DNA from: Octopus sinensis
Taxonomy: Eukaryota
NCBI RefSeq assembly: GCF_006345805.1
Contig: NC_043005.1
Coordinates: forward strand, 44,268,001-44,332,000
Length of the DNA: 64,000 bases
Direction of reading: 5' to 3'
Shown: piece by piece, positions 12,885-25,865 of the stretch
How positions within the stretch are numbered: the stretch's first letter is position 1
Layout: each line of letters opens with the position of its first letter
Program-made: the position numbers and the translations under genes
The notes under the pieces: generated by a model
What the model was told of the DNA's origin: nothing
Database searches by the model: none
What the model saw: the letters and a program-made list of their open reading frames with translations, nothing else

Positions 12885-13300
12885 TGAGGGTGGTAGATTG
12901 GCAGAATGATTAGAGCAATGGAAAACATATTTTGTGATAGCTGTTCTTGTTCTTTATATTCTGAGTTCAAATCCTGCCAAAGTCAAATTACCCTTTCACC
13001 CCTTCATAGTTAATAAAATAAAATACCGATCAATTACTAGAGTCAACTTTAATCAGGACAAATACCCCACCTCCACATAGGACAATTCCCCACCCCCAAA
13101 CGACAGCTACTCCCTAGGACAATTACCCCTCTTGGTTAATTACTCCCTCTTCAATATATTAAGAAGTTTTAATTCATCATCTGTTGTCTCAAGGGTAACT
13201 GTCTTGGTGGGGCGGGGTGTTACTGTCCATGGGGGTAAATGTCCTAGACTCAAGTCAACATAATCAACTGATTCTCTAACTTTCTCACTTGGAGCCCATC
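12885..13300 (+). mobile_element. SINE family C interrupted by a 190-bp inverted-repeat element
   Basis: Head gtggtagattggcagaatgattagagc, B-box gagttcaaatcctgcc; the tail resumes after 13250 (taatcaactgattctc). Confidence 0.65.
13055..13245. mobile_element. MITE-like element with arrays of inverted sub-repeats (GGACAAWTACCCC x3 / inverse x3)
   Basis: aggacaaatacccc, aggacaattcccc, aggacaattacccc on the left; agggtaactgtctt, ggggtgttactgtcc, gggggtaaatgtcct on the right. Confidence 0.65.
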
Positions 13301-13625
13301 ATCATCATCAACATTTAACGCCTCTTTTCCATGCTGGCATGGGTCGGATGGCTTGACTGGCAAGGCCAGGGGTCACACCAGATTCCATAGTCTGTTTTGG
13401 CTTGTTTTTGATGACTGGATGCCCTTCCTAACACCAACCATTCTACAGAGTGTACTAGGTGCTTTAACACATGTCACCATCACCAGTACTTTTTAAGTAG
13501 CACCAGTACTTTTTACGTGACACCAGCACCCACACCAATGCTTTTTACGTGGTACCTTGGTTTTAGGATCTCAATTTTGTTGTGGTGAGAGGGTATTCTC
13601 AAGTACAGCAATATGCCACAGAATT
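13298..13625 (-). mobile_element. SINE/LINE-tail element, family B (ends in (GAT)n)
   Basis: catcatcatcatcaacatttaacgcctcttttccatgctggcatggg ... ggatgcccttcctaacaccaacc; same sequence as the RTE 3' end at 62810-63060. Confidence 0.8.
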
Positions 13626-14049
13626 TATTAATGTGGTGTTATGAAACATAATCTAATGAAAGTTTATTATTTATATATTATTTGTACATTATGATGGAAA
13701 GCTTTCATTCAAATAAGACCACATTAAATGAGAAGTTTTGTATCACAAAAAGAGAGTGGTTTCATGTACATTGTTATTGAAAGGGTTAACTAATAACATA
13801 AGTTCTTTCTTATACAAGCACTAAATAACAAATTCATAGGAAGTAGACAAGTTGATTCATTCATCTTCAGTTTATTACTTGTACTTATTTTATTAAACCC
13901 AGAGAAGGAACATATATGTCAACCTTGGCAGGATTTGAACTTAAAACCCAAAAAAGAACTTAAGACTCCAGAAAGGCATTTTGTTTGGCACATGACTTAC
14001 AAGTTTTAACAACCTGAAAAATATCGAAAATTATATGCTATTTTGATAT

Positions 14050-14500
14050 TTAATAATAGTTTGTACTTTTATTCTGGTACAACTTGGACATTTCTGATTT
14101 CTTCATAAATTTCAACCTTGCAACTTCTTAACAGAGAAATCTAAAATTCTTTGCTATGACTGCCTGCATCTCAAATCTTTATTAATCTACATCTCTATCT
14201 GAGTATGTCCCACCAATGTATAGTTATTTTTACTCAGTATGTATTATTTATTTGTTTTATATCTTCTATACTGAAAGAAATACCACAAAGCATGCTTTCC
14301 AATACTTGAATGATTTTGCCAATCCACTTCTTTTACACCAGCTTAATAATGAAACAGTTATACACCCAGAATCTTTAATTATTTTTCACTAATACTCAAT
14401 TTAAAGATCTCTTTTCCTTAAATCTGCTAATTGCTTTAATCTCCACCTCAATTTCTTTAGCACTTCTAGAAAACGTAGCTACTTATTTTGTGACAAGAAT
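14050..14500 (-). pseudogene. Heavily decayed reading frame, possibly a non-LTR reverse-transcriptase N-terminal region
   Basis: One minus frame runs about 150 codons with scattered stops: ...AKEIEVEIKAISRFKEKRS...SKEF*ISLLRSCKVEIYEEIRN, loosely like the RT segments (EI..AI..+K..K+PG; NYRPISLL...K+...+..R). Weak. Confidence 0.3.
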
Positions 14501-15494
14501 CACTATACATAATGCACCAAATACTCTGTTTTTAGTTAGTCTTCAGGAAATTCATTTTGAAACACTACTTCACAAGTAAAAAAAAAATGCTCTTACTTCT
14601 TATGCCATAACTAGAAAATATAAGAAAAACTACCAGCCCTTTCCTTATCTTACAAACAAAATAGACCTTCCAGGTAGCTATATATTTTTTATAATATAGA
14701 TTATGTTACTCCATTATAAATTCTTATTTAGCTAATTCTTAAGATCACTTATCTAAGTATATTAACTTGATACATGAGGAAATCATCCAGAACAGAAACC
14801 TATTTCAGCTTCTACATCCTCTTTCTTTTACCTCTTAATTCCATAGTTTCTAACTTGAAGTAATAACTAATTGCCCAAGAAACAGAAGTAATCAAAAAAC
14901 TCCAAAAAGGCTCTGACATATTTTTTTTTTATTTTTCTACTGTAGACAGACCAAGATATATTTTAAAACAAATTATAATTAGCTACAGCTTCAGAAAGCT
15001 GAGTAAGCTAAGCAAAACCTAAATATACATTTTTTTATGCCACCACAAAGTTTGAGACAAGCAATAATAATGTAATGATACTTAACAGACTACCAAGAGA
15101 ATATCTGTAAATACTGAGAGAAATAAACTCCATATGAATGATATGTCACTTATATAAGAAATTTTAATTTATTTTTATATCTGCAGGGTGTCACTTGAAG
15201 ATTGGATCATTTTATGAATTCTAGGAAATATTTAATAGCACATTGCATTTCCTAGTAGCAAGTACTCAGTTATGAAGAGATTCAATGTGGAGCTTGGAAA
15301 AGTTAGGTCAAGTGGTGTTCATTGTACAGTGAAATCCTTGTAACAGTATTTCAATTAATAAGCTCTGGGTCACTGAACACAGATCTAAATGGTATACACA
15401 CGCATACAAACACAAATACGTGCACACGGACACACACACACACACCTATGACCTTTCTATATTAATAATATCCCACTTAATAAATTAAACAATT

Positions 15495-15730
15495 ATTCAT
15501 TTCTTTATTGCCCACAAGGGGCTAAACATAGAGGGGACAAACAAGGACAGACAAAGGGATTAAGTCGATTACATTGGCCCAAGTGTGTAACTGGTACTTG
15601 TTTAATCGACTCTGAGAGGATGAAAGGTAAAGTCGACCACAGCGGAATTTGAACTCAGAATGCATCGGCAGACAAAATACCACTATGCATTTCACCCAGC
15701 ATGCTAATGATTCTGCCAGCTCGCCGCTAA
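15495..15730 (-). mobile_element. SINE family C (tail variant with gcccacaaggggctaaaca)
   Basis: Low-divergence copy: gatgaaaggtaaagtcgaccacagcggaatttgaactcagaa ... ctgccagctcgccgc. Confidence 0.85.
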
Positions 15731-16034
15731 TTACAGACAATGATCCCCTTAAGAATTTAATAGTTTCTTTCTGAATGTCTTTTCTCAAAGTTTTCTCATT
15801 TTCTTCTAATCTCAAACTTGGCAAATCAAATGTGCTACAATACAATTTTAACATTTATTACATATATTTATCATAAATATAAGATTTATCAATATCTGCA
15901 ATGAAAACAGTATCTCTCCAAATAGAGAATAAAAAACAAAACAAAAGAGAATAGAAAATAGTTTTGCCAGTGTATACAGAGAAAGGAAATAAACATCTAA
16001 GCAAAGGCATTTTTTCATTATTATGAAGAAGTCC

Positions 16035-16690
16035 AAGGTGGTGAGTTGGCAGGATCATTAGCATGGTGGGAAAAATACTGAGCAGCATTTCATATACTCT
16101 TTTACTTGTTTCAGTCATTTGACCGTGGCCATGCTGGAGCACCACCTTTAGTCAAACAAATCGACCCCAGGACTCATCCTTTGTAAGCCTAGTACTAATT
16201 CTATTGGTCTTTTTTGCCGAACAGCTAGGTTACAGGGACGTAAACATACCAGCATTGGTTGTCAAGTGATGTTGGTGGGACAAACACAGACACACAAACA
16301 TATATACACACACACATACATATATATATATACATATATATGATGGGCTTCTTTCAATTTCCATCTACCAAATCCACTCACAAGGCTTTGGTTGGCTCGA
16401 GGCCATAGTAGAAGACACTTGCCCAAGGTGCCATGCAGTGGGACTGAACCCGGAACTATGCGGTTCGTAAGCAAGCTACTTAGCACACAGCCACTCCTAT
16501 GCCTATATTATATTAACAATAATATCTTTACATTCTGAGTTCAAATTCCACCAAGGTCGACTTTACATTTCAACCTTTCAGGGTTGATGAAATAAGTACC
16601 AGTTGAGTACTGGAGTCAATGTAATTGACCATCCCCCTCCCTTATATTTCAGGCCTTGTACCTAGAGTAGAAAGGATTATTATTATTATT
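16035..16690 (+). mobile_element. SINE family C with a nested family-A SINE (minus, about 16095-16505)
   Basis: C head at 16035-16090 stops, a complete inverted A copy follows, and the C body resumes at 16530 (ttctgagttcaaattccaccaaggtcgac) and ends in (ATT)n. Confidence 0.8.
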
Positions 16691-16799
16691 ATTAAGAAGT
16701 TCATTTTGAAATTATAATGGGACTAAATGATTTCAGCAGTAATAAAATTATGTATGTATCACATGCATGTGTTTTTGTGTGTATTATAGTATATTCTCT

Positions 16800-17135
16800 T
16801 TTGATCATTTACTGGTTTCAGATATTAAACTATGGCCATGCTGGGGCACTGCCTTGAAGAATTTTAGTTGAACAAATCAACCCCAATACTTTTTTTTTTT
16901 AAAGCCCAGTAATTCTCTTGGTCTTTTTTGCCAAGCCCCTAAGTTACAGGGACATAAACATACCAACACCAGTTGTCATGTGATGGTGGGGGACAAATAC
17001 TACAAACACAAAGACACACTCATACATAAATATATGACACACTTCTCACAGTTTCCATCTACCGAATTTAGTGGGACTAAACCCGGAACCATATGGTTAG
17101 GAAGCAAACTTCTTACTACACAGCAACACCTGTAT
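16800..17135 (-). mobile_element. SINE family A (internally deleted)
   Basis: Homology to 833-1245. Confidence 0.75.
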
Positions 17136-17544
17136 GTGTATGTGTGTGTGTGTGTGTGTTTGACAAACACACACATCATATATCAAATATCAAAAACACA
17201 CACGCTATATAGAGATAAATAAATCAAACAAGCTTCATTCAGGTAATGCATAGTTTGAAAAAGTAGAACAAGTAAAAAATAAAAATGAAAATAGTGAAAA
17301 CAGGCACAACCATTATATCATTACTATTTAAGTCAAAACTATTTAAAAAATACATTTTGCACTGACAACTGCAGTATGGACAGAACAGAACAAAATCACA
17401 GACAAACTGTAAAACTAAACATATTTCTCTGAGGCACATGGGAAGGCCACGCAAGGAGACCAATACAACATATATAAGGGAAACGGCCTGCAGCATAAGT
17501 GAAATGACTGCAGAACATTGACAAGAAGACAATAAAAAGAAACT

Positions 17545-19560
17545 TTATTAACACAGTGGGTCAGGCTCTCTTGTACATTATAGTCGTTTTCTCTTAAACC
17601 CAAGTTTTCATCCTGCTCACCTCTGCTATAAAACACATGCAGACTAAGATTACACATCCAATGTAGCAGACTTTCTTCATATCCTTTGCATTCAATAGTT
17701 ATGACTTGCTGTCAAAAAGCATAATCCTTTGTACACAAAACACATACATCTACGCTCTACTCAAAGAGAGAAACTCTTTGTTGCCAGCAGTGGCAATATT
17801 TCTTTTTTCACTCTGTTCTTTTTATGGCCACTGTAATTTCAAAGGACCCTGCTCTACAGCTGATTAGACTGCCTAGGTCAATGTTTCTTATGGAGGGATC
17901 TGTGAGAATTAAAAATAGTGCAGACAAATTTGCCATACTTAATAAAATTAGTTGGTTTAAAAAGTTATCTAACATCATGGGGGGAGGGAGAAGAATTTTA
18001 TGGATACAAACTCTATTTTGTCTTCTATTAAGAGGAGACAAGTATACCATTTCACTAATATGTTTGGGTGGAGGAATAATATCAATATTTATCACTTTGA
18101 GAACTGCTTTAATGCAGCCCTCCTAATATTAAAACACATTTGTTTTGACTTGTTGGTGCTCTGATAATTAATATAAATAAATAAATGCACCCTTTTAAAG
18201 CCTAGCCAGGCTCATGGGCCCAGTTTCCCAGTTTCAATGGCATATGTGTTCTCCAGCTCGACAGGACGCCAGTCCATCGCAGCGTTACTCATTTTTGCCA
18301 GCTGAGTGGACTGGAGCAACATGAAATGAAGTGTTTTGCTCAAGAACACAACACGCCGCTCGGTCCAGGAATCGAAACCACAATCTTACGATCATGGTGC
18401 TGACACCCTAACCACTAAGCCACGTTCCCCCACACTCTGCTAATTACTCCTGTATATCTGCCATATATAAAGTCTCTATTCAATGTTAGCCTACCTGTGA
18501 TCTCAATACACTACTTTTACATCTGTAGTTCATACCAGTACAACACATGGAATTCCTACTCCTTTTTTTGCATGTTGAATATGACTGTCTCCCTGATAGC
18601 AGTAGAGACCTGTTTTCTTTCCTATTTACTAAAACTGTCATCTTCACCAAGTTTATCATAACCTGTAAAAACAAAATCTAGATTTTATTTTCACATCTGG
18701 CACTTCCTTTCTACATCTTCTGCTGGCTCTTCTACAAGGATTATGCCATCAGCAAATAAGAGTTGCCATGGACAGCAAATCTTAAACTCGTCTGTTACAG
18801 CTTAGAGAACAATAATGAATAAGCAAGTGTTGAGTGTCTAGTTTTGATGGACACCTACTTCAACATAAAATTTCTCACTGAACTCACTGCTAACTCTCAC
18901 TTTGCTGACAACATTTCTGTACATGGCTTGCACTGATCTCGCCTGTCATTCACCAATACAGTTTTCTTAAAAACTACCATATTAACCTGTCAAAAGCCTT
19001 CTCTAGCTCAACAAATGCTAGGCAGAGAGACTTATACTAAGCTAAAAGAAATTTCTGGCACTTGTCTCACTGTGAGAATATTACTGAGGTTCTGACCAGG
19101 AACAAAGCAAAACCACATCTCACCTGATTCTCTTTCTCCTCAATTGTGCTTAGTACCTTTTCCATTACTTTCATAACATGGCCCATCAGTTTGTACTTCC
19201 ATAGTTTCTTTATGATAAAACACTTCTGTTGCTCAATTAGCAGTTGGCAATTAAACTGTTATATCATTGGGAATGACAAACTCTTGTAAAACTTGGTTTA
19301 TTATGTGTGACCAGTTTGAGCCCTACTTAGCCAGACATTTTCATTATGTCAGTAACTATACCAAATACTCCTTTCCTTGTCTTCAAGTCCTTAAGGATCA
19401 TTTTGACAACAGCCACTTTGTCCTCTGGTCCATTCTTTTTATCTATTTAGTTTCTTTACCTTCTGCACACATTTTCCCCTATTCAGCATCTTCCCATAAT
19501 AACATTTCCAAACCTCTTTCTTCACTGTTATTTCAGTAGCACTTTTCCTTAACAACATAT
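17545..19560 (-). mobile_element. Decayed RTE-clade LINE (RT region to near the C-terminus)
   Basis: Minus-strand frames give LFIIVL*AVTDEFKICCPWQLLFADG (RT YADD region), KKEVWKCYYGKMLN, EILPLLATKSFSL and MCNLSLH...NLGLR; same family as 62810-63890 but with many stops and frameshifts; interrupted by a SINE at 18170-18375. Confidence 0.75.
18170..18375 (-). mobile_element. tRNA/CORE-like SINE (family D head, tail gcccatgagcctggctaggcttt), nested in the RTE
   Basis: Reverse complement gtggcttagtggttagggtgtcagcacc..gtttcgattcctggacc (A/B boxes) plus tgtgttcttgagcaaaacacttcatttcatgttgctccagtccactcagc. Confidence 0.85.
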
Positions 19561-19564
19561 AAGG

Positions 19565-19568
19565 AGAG

Positions 19569-19606
<38 letters not shown>

Positions 19607-19973
19607 TAGATAGATCCTCTGTGTGTGAGTGTGTGTGTGTGCATGTTTATGCATAAAGGGAGACAGGGAGAGATAAATAGACCAATACATATATATATTG
19701 TTGCATATGTACATATATAGAGATAGGTAGATATAATGGTTGATAGACAGACAGATTAAAATACACACATACATACCCATATATACACATATACATCGAC
19801 AGACAGTCAAACACACAGTCTGAAACATACAACAGACATGCATATATACACACTCACATACAAACACAAAAATATGGATATCCATTTACACATACATGCA
19901 TCTAAGAGTGTATATGTAGATATATGTAATATATGCATTCATATACCTCCCACGTACACATGCAATATATATC

Positions 19974-20023
<50 letters not shown>

Positions 20024-20040
20024 TATATATATAATAATTT
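19565..20040. repeat. (GA)n/(GATA)/(CA)/(TA) compound microsatellite
   Basis: Direct reading. Confidence 0.85.
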
Positions 20041-23000
20041 ATACACCCAATAGCATAATCACAACATTTTAATTATATATGTTATTGTTTAATCTTATTT
20101 CATAAATTCTTCCATCAAGAAAACATCATTGCTTAAAATTAAATATTTCATCTTTATTTGTTGTTGTTGTTGTTGTTTTTGTTTTGTCTTTTTTATTATA
20201 TTTGGGAAAGAAAAACATGAATTCTGTCAAAACAATAATTTCATTGTATACTTTCAACTATTCAAAGAACAGTAAAGAAGGAAGAGAAAATAGCAGATGT
20301 AAAATGACTGTTTGAAATAAGCTTGTATTTGAAATTGGCAAAATGATTCCAAGATCAATAGTGAAGCAACTAGGTGGGATGCAACTGTTAAAAAATAATA
20401 GAACCATAAAATAAGGAATCTGAATCAATTACTCATCTCATGAACAAATACGATTCTATTTAAATTATTTTTCAGATCTTAACTAGGCCATGCACAGTTA
20501 ATTAGAATTTATGCCTTTCAAATACTAATCCTATTCAATAATACATCAGTAAATCCATAGGCTGAGAAGTATATGAATTGAAATCAATTTCATTTTATTG
20601 TTGAAAGAGAACAAGAGTTTGGTAATCATAGTTAGGAGACAGGCTGTTTCTACAGTGATGCAATGATTACCCATGACTAGATAGTTATAGAATTTTAATA
20701 ATCCTTTCCTCTTGTTTTCACATGTTCAAAAGCAAAACAATATAGATTGCAATGGTATTAATAATATATTTCTTAATTGACGGAATGTGAAAATATCTAA
20801 TAAAGTATAGAGAAGGAAAAATTATCTTTTAACCTTGAATATTAGATAATTCTGTACAGAGCAATTACATTCAAACATAATCTAATTATTTTTCTTTAAC
20901 CTTTCAACTTTACTAATCACTCATTGAAAAGAAAAATTACCCTAGAAGTTATTATGAACACAACAAAGAAAAGAAACTAAAGGTATTTTAAGAGCAATTC
21001 GATTTTCATCTTTTTTTTTTATCATTAATAATCTTATTGGAACACATGATGGTTTAAATAAACATGTCTGTATGTATATACATACACACATATGCATACA
21101 CACACACATACACATACATATTGATTTTATTTGTTTATCTATATAAATATATCTAATTACTTTTACATAATGTTTCATCTTATAGGGGTTAGCTGTCAAA
21201 CATAATTGTTGTTTAATATCCTTAATTGAACTATTTTGATTTAACCTAAGGCCTAATTTAGTCTCACAAATTATCATCTCTGTATTATAATTGTCATTTC
21301 TATAGCCTGGCAAGTTTATTAATGTATTTTATTATTCTTATTTTTCTTTTCTTTTCCTTTCATAGAAGTTTTTTTTTTTCTTCCTCATTGAGAATATGGT
21401 TTGACAACAGTGCATGTTTAAAAGTTCTATAGATCATTTCTGGTTAGAATATTTCAAAACTCACCAAACATACCACCAAAAATAAAGGGATTAGAATTAA
21501 GGAAATATTTCAAATATAGAGATAAAAGATAGAGATCCTTTGGTTGTAAACAATTATTCAAACAATAATAACATGAATTAAAAGCACTGAATCTATTGTA
21601 ATCTATGAGAACATGGCAGAATAAATGGAGCCGTAAATTTGAAAAGAGACAGGTAACAACATGTCATAAATCTTTTAATTAAAGAATAAGCCAAATCTTA
21701 ACATATAACTCTCATAGAGTTCTTTGACAGTTAAAGAGAAAATTCGAAAATATTTCATAATAAAATAGGTTTAATAATGAAAATATCTATAATAATGTAG
21801 TTTTAAAATATCTTTCAGATAATTTAACATGTTTGAGTCTCTTTACCCCTATCTTAGATGCATTGTTAAGTCATCTCAAACACACAACGCTTGCAAAATA
21901 ATCAAAAACACAAATTAGATATTTGGAAGAAACTATGAAAAGGAAAACATGTTAAGAAGTGATCTCTTTACAAAATATTTGTTTAAGTTTAAAGGACCAA
22001 AAAATTAGTACTAAAATATTAATGTATTAATAATTAAGCAGTAATTCATTCAGGTTAGATGATAAATGAGCAATTGAAAATAATAAGGAAGATTAAGATT
22101 TCAGCAGAAGCTACATTAGAACAAGAGAAACAAAATATTCAAAGAAAACCTAGGAAGAACCAGCTTGAGCAGGAAGCATTAAAGCAACACAAGTTTAAAT
22201 TAGATAAAATGAGAAAGCAGGAACCTTCTTGAGACAAGCCAAATGGAAATTAAAAAAGCAGATTTGTGATATAGTGACTTCTAACATAGCCGCACAGGCA
22301 TATTTTGAGGAGAGGAGTAAACCTAATCAACCTCTGCATACAACAGGTCAATATAAGAGGCTCTCTGTAATTGCTTGATTTGCTAGAAATAGTATCCGCA
22401 CTCATTCATATCACACCACACCATCTTAAAAAGGAAGTACATTATAGATAATGTAATTCTAGATTCATTATATCTGAAAATAACAGTGATCATAGTTGAA
22501 ATTCTTTTAATGACAGGTATGCTAGATTAGGGTTAACAACAATAGAAACAACAAGAACACCAGTGAATACTTAGGTGATATTTTACTGACACTTGAAGGA
22601 TAAAAATTGAATTTGGCTTCACTAAGATTAGAACCCACAACTAATCCTTACAATACATTTCATCTGTTGCTCTATCAATTCTGCACTCTGTCTCCCCACT
22701 ATTAATTCTACCATTCACATCTTCACTTTATCTCTTACTTTACCAATTATATCTTCCACCTCTTCATTTCATTTGCCACTTGACAACTCAGCCTTTTGCC
22801 ATGCAGGTCTTTTATAATATTACTAAATTGTAATAAGTAATGTTCCTCAAATATTCTTCTCAAGTAATATTTCATGTTTAATAGCAGTAATATGTATTCT
22901 TAAATAAATAGTAGTTTAAATCAAGGATTGAGAACTAAGAAAAGACACTCTACAATCAGAAATTAATCTACTTTCAGTTTGAAATAATCCAAATGATCAA

Positions 23001-24389
23001 TAAACACTTTCAAACAAAGTTATTTAGATGTTGTGGATGATAAAAATGATTTTTTAAAGAGAATAATCAATGAAAGAATTCTAGTGACAGAAAATAAATG
23101 AACATTAAATATGCAGACAAGAGTTTTCTTCTTCTGTGTTTTAAATTTTCAATCAATAATTAAAAGTGCATTTACTGATTACAGTATTAATTTGCATTAA
23201 CTGAATTTGATTATTCTAAAACCCTCAAAGAAACATTGTTTGACTTTATCCTTTAGAATTGAATCTATTAAGAAACATATTTCAAACAGCAGTAACTTCA
23301 TTGTTAACACTTATAAATGTATTTTGTAAATTCTTTTCTAAAAGTAACTTTCAAAATAGAAATGCTATTTAACACAGTAGCAAATAAATTCAAAAACACT
23401 AAATAACACTTGTAAAGAAGCTTTTTGGCACTTAAAAAAATATAAAAAAACAGTAATGTTAAAAGAAAGTGGCAACTTTTATATATTTCAGAAAAAAGTA
23501 CAATGTGTGAAAGTGATAAAACTTTTTACAGCAAGTATACCAGAAATGACAGAAAAAGAAAACAATTTAGTATTCACTTATTTTATACAATTCCAACTAT
23601 AAACAACTATCAATATAGTCATCAATCTGCAATAAATCATCATAATACTATTACGATATAGTATCTGCTGTAACAGAATTTTCGCTGGCATTAGAAAGTT
23701 TTTAAATAACTGACCAATTTGAAATTTGATAATAGATTAGTTTGAAAAAGGCCATTTGAATAATTTTAAACAAATGGTGTAGACATAACTGTGTGGTTAA
23801 GAAATTTGCTTCACAACAATATGGTTCTGGTTGCACTTCTCAGAATCTTGGGTAAACATCTATTTAACTTCAGGTTGAATGATACTTTGTGAGTAAAACT
23901 TTGTACACACACAAACACCATACGATGATAGTCGGATACATATACATTTCTATTACTCCAATTTTCCTTTCCTTCTCCATTTTTTCTTAACATCTCTATC
24001 CTATCTTACTAAAGAAGAGTGCATACTTGAAACATTAAAAATATTTTCTTTCTTTTTTCCCCTCATTTCTAAATGTCTAACTAATACTAGCTCTGTTTAT
24101 TTTGTACCTCGTCTGTGTGTTTTATTTTTCCTCACCTTGCACTATATGTATATATATATATATCAGATCAGAAGAAAACTAGAGACTATATGTATATTTT
24201 TTTTTAATGATGTGATAAAAAAAAAACTGCAACTGAATTTCCAAGTTTATTCTGATTTTAGATACACACTCTGTAATCTATTCAAATGTATATAATACCA
24301 AATGAAAGTCAGTGAACAAACTAAGTTTGATACCTGATTGAAAGTTGGATATACATGAATTCACCTGGAGTTCTAAGCAAAACTTAAAA

Positions 24390-24650
24390 GCAAATGGCCA
24401 GGTGGTCAGGGTGTTGCACTCATGGTTGCAAGTCAGTGGTTTCAATTCCCAAATTGGGCAGTGCAATGTGTTCTTGAGCAAAACACTTCATTTCACACTG
24501 CTCAGATCCACTCAGCTGTATATGGGTAAGTAACCTTGCAATGGGTTGGTATCTAATTCAAGGAGTTGGGGTTTTGATCCCTTATACATCATAGAAACTG
24601 GGTAATTAACCATATCAGTCCTAGTGTGAGTAAAGGTTAATTGTTATGCT
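24390..24650 (+). mobile_element. tRNA/CORE-like SINE
   Basis: tggccaggtggtcagggtgttgcactcatggttgcaagtcagtggtttcaattccc..gtgttcttgagcaaaacacttcatttcacactgctc. Confidence 0.7.
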
Positions 24651-25264
24651 ATCTCATTTGAAATAACAACTGTTCAGTACATGTGTATCTGTATATATAC
24701 ACACACATAACATCATCACTTTTTAACATCTACTTTTTCCTTGCTTACAAAGGTCAAATGAGAGTATGGTGGTGTAGGATTTTCTACAGCTAGATGCCTT
24801 TCCTATTGCCAATTCTACTTGTTTCCGAATGCACGCGTAAGTGTGTGTGTGTGTGTGCATTTGCATGTGCATCTGTGTATGTGTGTGTGTATGTCTATGT
24901 GTTTATATTTGTCCCTCCCTGCACCATTTGACAGCTATGTTGGTTTGTTTACATCTCCATACCATATTTTTTCATCAAAACAGACAGATAGAATAACTAC
25001 CAGAGTTAATAAGTAAGTACAAGGATAGATTTTTTTAACTAAAACTTGTAAAACCCTAACATCACCACAATCCAATGAATGAAAAAAATTAAAAGACTGA
25101 AAATAAGTTATTTCGGTGAAATTTTCTTGTCTTTCATCCTAATGAACAGCAAAAAGCCAGGCATGCTTATGTGGAGAACTGGAAACATATGACACTGTTA
25201 AAGAAACCACATTTACAATCAGTGGGCAAAATAGGTGTACAATGAAAATACAAAGTCTCTCACT

Positions 25265-25865
25265 CACACACACACATGTATATATGACAGGCATCTTTCA
25301 GTTTCTGTCTTTTCTACTCTAAGCACAAGGCCCAAAATTTGGGGTGGGGAGGGGGCCAATCAATTAGATCGACCTCAGTACACAACTGGTACTTAAATTA
25401 TCAACCCTGAAAGGATGAAAAGCAAAGTCGACCTCGGTCGAATTTGCATTCACAACATTAAGAGAGACAAAATACTGCTAAGCATTTCACCTATTTCTTT
25501 ACTACCCACAAGGGGCTAAACACAGAGAGGACAAACAAGGACAGACAAAGGGATTAAGTCGATTACATCGACCCCAGTGTATAACAGGTACTTAATTTAT
25601 TGACCCCGAAAGGTTGAAAAGCAAAGTCGACCTCGACGGAATTATAACTCAGAACGTAACAGCAGATGAAATACGGCTACGCATTTCACCTGGCATGCTA
25701 ATGTTTCTGCCAGCTCACCACCGTCTTTCAGTTTCTGTCTACCAAGTCTTTGGTCAGCCCACGGCTATAATAGATGACAGTTACCCAAGGTGCCACAGGG
25801 TGGGACTGAACCTGAGACCACTTGGTTGAGAAGCAGACTTGTTAAACACACAGCCATGCCTGCAT
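25265..25865 (-). mobile_element. Family-A SINE split by two nested family-C SINEs
   Basis: A sequence breaks at ctttcagtttctgtct (about 25300) and resumes at ctttcagtttctgtctacc (about 25725); the C copies at 25310-25490 and 25495-25720 lie between. Confidence 0.7.

Noticed and set aside
17400-17545. Inverted 3' piece of the adjacent RTE (GRPRK motif, twin priming)
   Set aside because: The junction is tail-to-tail, not the head-to-head geometry of twin priming, and the similarity rests on a single short motif.
17824-18126. 100-aa plus-strand ORF
   Set aside because: Antisense of the decayed RTE; no independent coding signal.
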